Positions 26,950-30,577 of a stretch of DNA of 30,577 bases are shown piece after piece; position 1 is the stretch's first letter; the number at the start of each line of letters is the position of its first letter. Made by a program: the position numbers and the translations under genes. The stretch covers positions 1 through 30,577 of the forward strand of contig JBMFLH010000014.1 in the NCBI GenBank assembly GCA_049971295.1. The letters are read 5' to 3'. A model generated the notes under the pieces. The model did not search any database and was not told where the DNA came from. It saw only the letters and a list, made by a program, of their open reading frames with translations. This stretch comes from Candidatus Ratteibacteria bacterium (lineage in GTDB: Bacteria > Ratteibacteria > UBA8468 > B48-G9 > DTJG01).

Positions 26950-28593
26950 ATGAAAAACAGAGCAAAGTGGGTAAGCGGCAAACCAGCAATTGAAAACAGA
27001 GTTGTTCATATTGACCTGAAAGGTCCAAAAATTCCTTTTGATTCATTCAAAGGTTTCATTCAACTCCTTGGACGATGGGGAATCAATGGAGTCCTGGTTG
27101 AGTATGAACACCGTTTTCCACGTCTTCCCTTGAAGCATCAGTTTCCATCAGCAGACAGATACACAAAATCCCAATTAAATGAACTGATGAAAATTGCAAA
27201 GGACAATGGCATCGAATGGATTCCCCTTTTTCAAACATTCGGACATCTTGAATATCTATCACGATTGAAAGGCACAAAAGACATGTTTGAAAATCCGGAT
27301 TATATTCAGCAGCTGTGCCCTTTGAATGAAAAGGCGCGCCAATACATTCAGAACCTTATTGAAATTGCCTGCGAATTTCATCCTGAAAGTAAATACATCC
27401 ATGTGGGCCAGGACGAAACATTTCAATTGGGTTTTTGCAATCAATGTAAGACAGAAGTTGAGAAAAACGGAAAAATGTCTCTGTATCTCAAACATACTAA
27501 CTGGGTATGGGAACAGGTTAAAAAGTATGGGAAAAAACCAATGTTTTGGAATGATATGTTTTTTTCAAAAAGCTCTGTTGAATATCTTTCGCATATTCCA
27601 CATGATGTGATTCCAGTTGTCTGGCAATATGAAGATACCTCTGATATATCCCATGATGTGATTTTTGATGGCATAAGGATTTCAAAAATTGATGCACGAC
27701 ATCTATATAAAATGCCTGTGTATGGAAATGTTGTAGCAAGGTTTGCAAAAAAAGGCAATTTTTTTGAAGACCTTCCAGAAAAAATCAAAAATATCATTGG
27801 CATAGACAAAAAAACAGGTTATCCGAAAAGTTTTTCCCAGTTAAGAATCACTAGCCGGTACAACAAAAACTTCTGGGCAACCTGTGCAACTTACAATTGT
27901 TCTGACATGCTTTTTTCCCCCAGTTTTATCAGGGGACTTTTTAACCCTGTATCAATGGTCAAAACAGTGATAGAACTTGGTGGAAAAGGAATTATTGCAA
28001 GTAACTGGGCTCGTGCGCATTCATATGCTCCAATCAGCCCTCCATGGACACTGAATTTTTATAATATCGCACATTTTGCCTGTGCTTCATATACAGGAAA
28101 AACATCTTCAGAAGATCTCAAGGAAATTGGAAAACTAATAGCAGAAGAAATAAAAGTGCCATGGAGATACGGAGAATTTTCCCTCGATGACATACTCTGG
28201 GTAATCTCTGCTGACGCGCCAGGACCTGGAAATATCCAAAAACTTCATCAACTTACTGAAATTTTGAACCTTTTGAAAACGAAGTGTTGTGATAGTGTTT
28301 TTGGCAGGGGCTTATTGATCAGCGTTGAGGCGCAACTTTTGTATGTAAAGCTTCTTTTTCTTCAGGAAGAAGCCAGGTGGTGGAATTCCACAAAAAATGA
28401 GATACCTGTAATGATAAAAAAAGACATGAAAAAAAGGTTTCTCCAGATTTGCCGAGAAATTGCTTCACTTGAAAAGAAGACAAAGTTTTACTACACTCAA
28501 TGTGTTGGAGACAAAAAATCGTTCAATACGTGGTGGAAAGGCCTCTTTGAACTTGATACTTACCTGACAGAACAAGCAATAAGTTTTCTCTAA
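26950..28593 (+). CDS. GH20-family glycoside hydrolase (hexosaminidase D-like), no signal peptide
   Basis: VHIDLKG, VEYE, IPLFQTFGHLEY, LCP, catalytic HVGQDET, PMFWNDM, VVWQY. Confidence 0.8.
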   Translation: MKNRAKWVSGKPAIENRVVHIDLKGPKIPFDSFKGFIQLLGRWGINGVLVEYEHRFPRLPLKHQFPSADRYTKSQLNELMKIAKDNGIEWIPLFQTFGHLEYLSRLKGTKDMFENPDYIQQLCPLNEKARQYIQNLIEIACEFHPESKYIHVGQDETFQLGFCNQCKTEVEKNGKMSLYLKHTNWVWEQVKKYGKKPMFWNDMFFSKSSVEYLSHIPHDVIPVVWQYEDTSDISHDVIFDGIRISKIDARHLYKMPVYGNVVARFAKKGNFFEDLPEKIKNIIGIDKKTGYPKSFSQLRITSRYNKNFWATCATYNCSDMLFSPSFIRGLFNPVSMVKTVIELGGKGIIASNWARAHSYAPISPPWTLNFYNIAHFACASYTGKTSSEDLKEIGKLIAEEIKVPWRYGEFSLDDILWVISADAPGPGNIQKLHQLTEILNLLKTKCCDSVFGRGLLISVEAQLLYVKLLFLQEEARWWNSTKNEIPVMIKKDMKKRFLQICREIASLEKKTKFYYTQCVGDKKSFNTWWKGLFELDTYLTEQAISFL

Positions 28594-28606
28594 CATAGGA
28601 GTTGGA

Positions 28607-30113
28607 ATGAAACAAATATTCAAAAGTAGAAGGCACGTTTTTCTTGACCTTGATACCATGAGCGAGTGGGATACAAATGTAGTACAGAGATTTCCTAAGA
28701 TGCAAAAAGTACCAATTGAAGCACCGGTGACGTGTGGAACTGAATGGGATGCAAGATGTTCAGAATACCCGATAGTGTTCTATGAAGATGGAATTTATAG
28801 AATGTGGTACTGTGTTCAGCCAGGTGCAAGAAGTTATTCTGAAAATGCTGACCATTTTTATACTGCGTATGCAGAAAGTACAGACGGAATTTGCTGGAAA
28901 AAACCTGACTTGAAAATTACTGCGCAGGATATCTGGCCAAAAAAATAATCTTCTGGCACTACCAGGTGCAATTCAGGGAATTGGAAAAGGGCTGGCCGGG
29001 AGTAAATACAGGTATTATGCCATTGTGATTCAGATCAGTCCGCCAAAGCCCGGCATAACTGACAAATGTGGAGCGATAGATGAAAGAGGCACAATCCTTT
29101 TTGGTTCAAATGACGGTTTTCAATGGCAAAGAATTAAGAAAATATGCGGGCATTGAGATTGCGGAAATCTATTTACGGATTTTCCTTCAAACAGATATCT
29201 TCTGTATCAAAAGGTAGGACTGATGCACAACATGTTTGCACGTAGAGCATTTATTGTTCTTGAAAGCAAAGATGGCGAAAACTGGACTGGTTATAATGGT
29301 GCCTTGAAATGGAATGAGTGTTTTGTGCCTGATGATTATGATGATTTGATTGCGCGCCAAAGGGGTTTTCTTATTACTGATTTCTATGGAGTCACAGTTC
29401 ACAGAGTTGGAGACCTATACATCGCAGTTCAAAATGTTTTCTGCATTGGGTTGCCTTTAAGAAACAATTTTGGTCAGAATCCATCGGGATTTTCTTATCA
29501 ACGCCTCGCATATTCCCACAATGCCTATCAGTGGAGATATCCTGCTGGAAGAGTCCCGTTTCTTGAATTAGGAGAACCGGGAGAATTTGATTCTGGCTAC
29601 ATATGTCCCGGAAGCAATCTGCTTGAAAAAGATGACGAAGTACTTCTTTACTATTCTGGGACACCTTTTATGCATGGCTGGTGTATTGATATAAATTTCA
29701 GGTTCAGGAAAGACATTTCCCTTGAAGAACAAAATAACTCATATTTCATAGGGTTGGCTAAAATACCAAGGGACAGGTATGCAAGTTTATATGTGACGCA
29801 CAGAGGACGCTTTTCTTTTGACCCATATGTATCAGGTGTAGAACCATTAAGAGTAAACCCTGAAAAGCCGACATTTTACGTGAATGTAAACTACCCACAG
29901 GGTTATCTGAAGGTGGCAATTATGGATGCAGATACTCATAAGCCAGCTGAGGGATTTGATTTTGAGGAATGTATGCCGATAACTGGAAATCATTTAAGAG
30001 CAGCAGTTTCGTTCAAGAAAAAGAAACTTGCGGATATCCCGCCACAAAAAAATCTTTATCTCTCATTTGAACTGTACAGGGGAGAAATATTTTCCTATGA
30101 ATGGGGAGTATAA
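28607..30113 (+). pseudogene. Five-bladed beta-propeller glycosidase-like gene (GH32/43/130-like) broken by a frameshift and an in-frame TGA
   Basis: Removing one A from the A7 run at 28939-28945 joins ORF 28607 to a frame (WPKNNLL..GSNDGFQW) that continues through TGA 29154-29156 into ORF 29223-30113. Repeated S.DG..W motifs. Rebuilt length is about 501 aa. Confidence 0.75.
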
Positions 30114-30256
30114 TGAAGGATATTCCAAGAAACGAACATCAAAGACCTGACTTTTATAGACAGGCCTGGATAAACCTTAATGGACAATGGGACTTTGAGA
30201 TTGGTACATCTGAGCTCACCCCCAAAAACTGGACAGTCAATATAGGTGTATTTTAA
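30113..30256 (+). pseudogene. N-terminal remnant of a GH2 (beta-galactosidase/glucuronidase) gene
   Basis: TAATG coupling, SD GGGGAG. MKDIPRNEHQRPDFYRQAWINLNGQWDFEI matches the GH2 N-terminal pattern PRPE.PRP....W.NLNG.WDF. Similarity ends at about 30210. Confidence 0.75.
30211..30236. mobile_element. IS3-family-like terminal inverted repeat (no transposase recognisable in the window)
   Basis: TGAGCTCACCCCCAAAAACTGGACAG resembles IS3/IS150-group ends (5'-TG..CCCC..TGGACA) and lies exactly where the GH2 similarity stops. Confidence 0.6.
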
Positions 30257-30487
30257 TATAATCAAGGACTAACAGAATAGGATGTAGAGATGGATAAAAC
30301 GATGTTTGGTGTTAGGCATGCTGGTAAACGTACCCCGGGTGCATCGGGAAAACAACAGATATTTGGTTTATAGTTAAAAGAAAATGAATATGAATTACGA
30401 CAATTGTTCAACTTAAGATTTGGAAAGGAGATACTGGAGATACAGAATTTTTGACAATCGCAGATTTTTTAGAGGCAATTCGTGTCC

Positions 30488-30515
30488 TTGACAAAAATCT
30501 CGGAGGGAGTAGAAT
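30488..30515 (+). promoter_or_regulatory. sigma70-type promoter near the window end
   Basis: TTGACA, 16 nt, TAGAAT: the same architecture as the serA promoter. Confidence 0.45.
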
Positions 30516-30577
30516 GGTTATGAACCTAAAATCCCGCCCTTTTATAACTAGGTGGCGACGGGAATGGTAAGACCAAA

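Noticed and set aside
29154..29156. Alternative genetic code (UGA = Trp or Gly)
   Set aside because: TGA is the evident stop of many intact genes here, including ybaB, alr, ispA and the ABC genes, often in ATGA or TGATG overlaps.
30322..30356. Sequence loosely resembling a type I-E CRISPR repeat (CCCCGGGTGCATCGGGAAAAC)
   Set aside because: Single copy, with no repeat-spacer periodicity and no cas genes.
30290..30375. IS3 OrfA following the inverted repeat
   Set aside because: The short ORF (MDKTMFGVRHAGKRTPG...) stops after 27 codons and lacks the helix-turn-helix pattern.

Overview
A gene-dense, AT-rich bacterial chromosomal segment using the standard code (TGA ends many clear genes). Housekeeping genes are interleaved with uncharacterised carbohydrate-active-like enzymes; the gene repertoire loosely suggests a PVC/Omnitrophota-like lineage, which is inference only. 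The 5' block (1-10706, +) is tightly packed: SLBB polysaccharide-export protein (5'-truncated), Wzz/Wzc-N-like protein, dnaX-ybaB-recR, LpxL-family acyltransferase, a large secreted GH42-like protein, a cryptic Ntn-hydrolase-like protein and an inositol monophosphatase/FBPase. Next come a DUF4139 + GAF-GGDEF pair (-), a stand-alone GlmU-like acetyltransferase (+), a HAD hydrolase (-) and a TIM-barrel glycosidase-like protein (+). These are followed by serA, rny, a divergent wecA-like gene, pyrF, alr, ispA, an ABC ATPase/permease/TPR module and gmk. The 3' end is a decaying glycosidase cluster: intact GH20-like gene, a beta-propeller gene with a frameshift and an in-frame TGA, and a GH2 N-terminus cut off at an IS3-like terminal repeat. 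The most interesting signals are (i) a uORF, an SD-sequestering hairpin and a probable non-canonical ATT start in front of rny, (ii) the GH-like/Ntn-like/IMPase trio, and (iii) overlapping divergent promoters. No CRISPR array, rRNA or tRNA was seen. All family calls come from motif recognition by eye; no searches were run.
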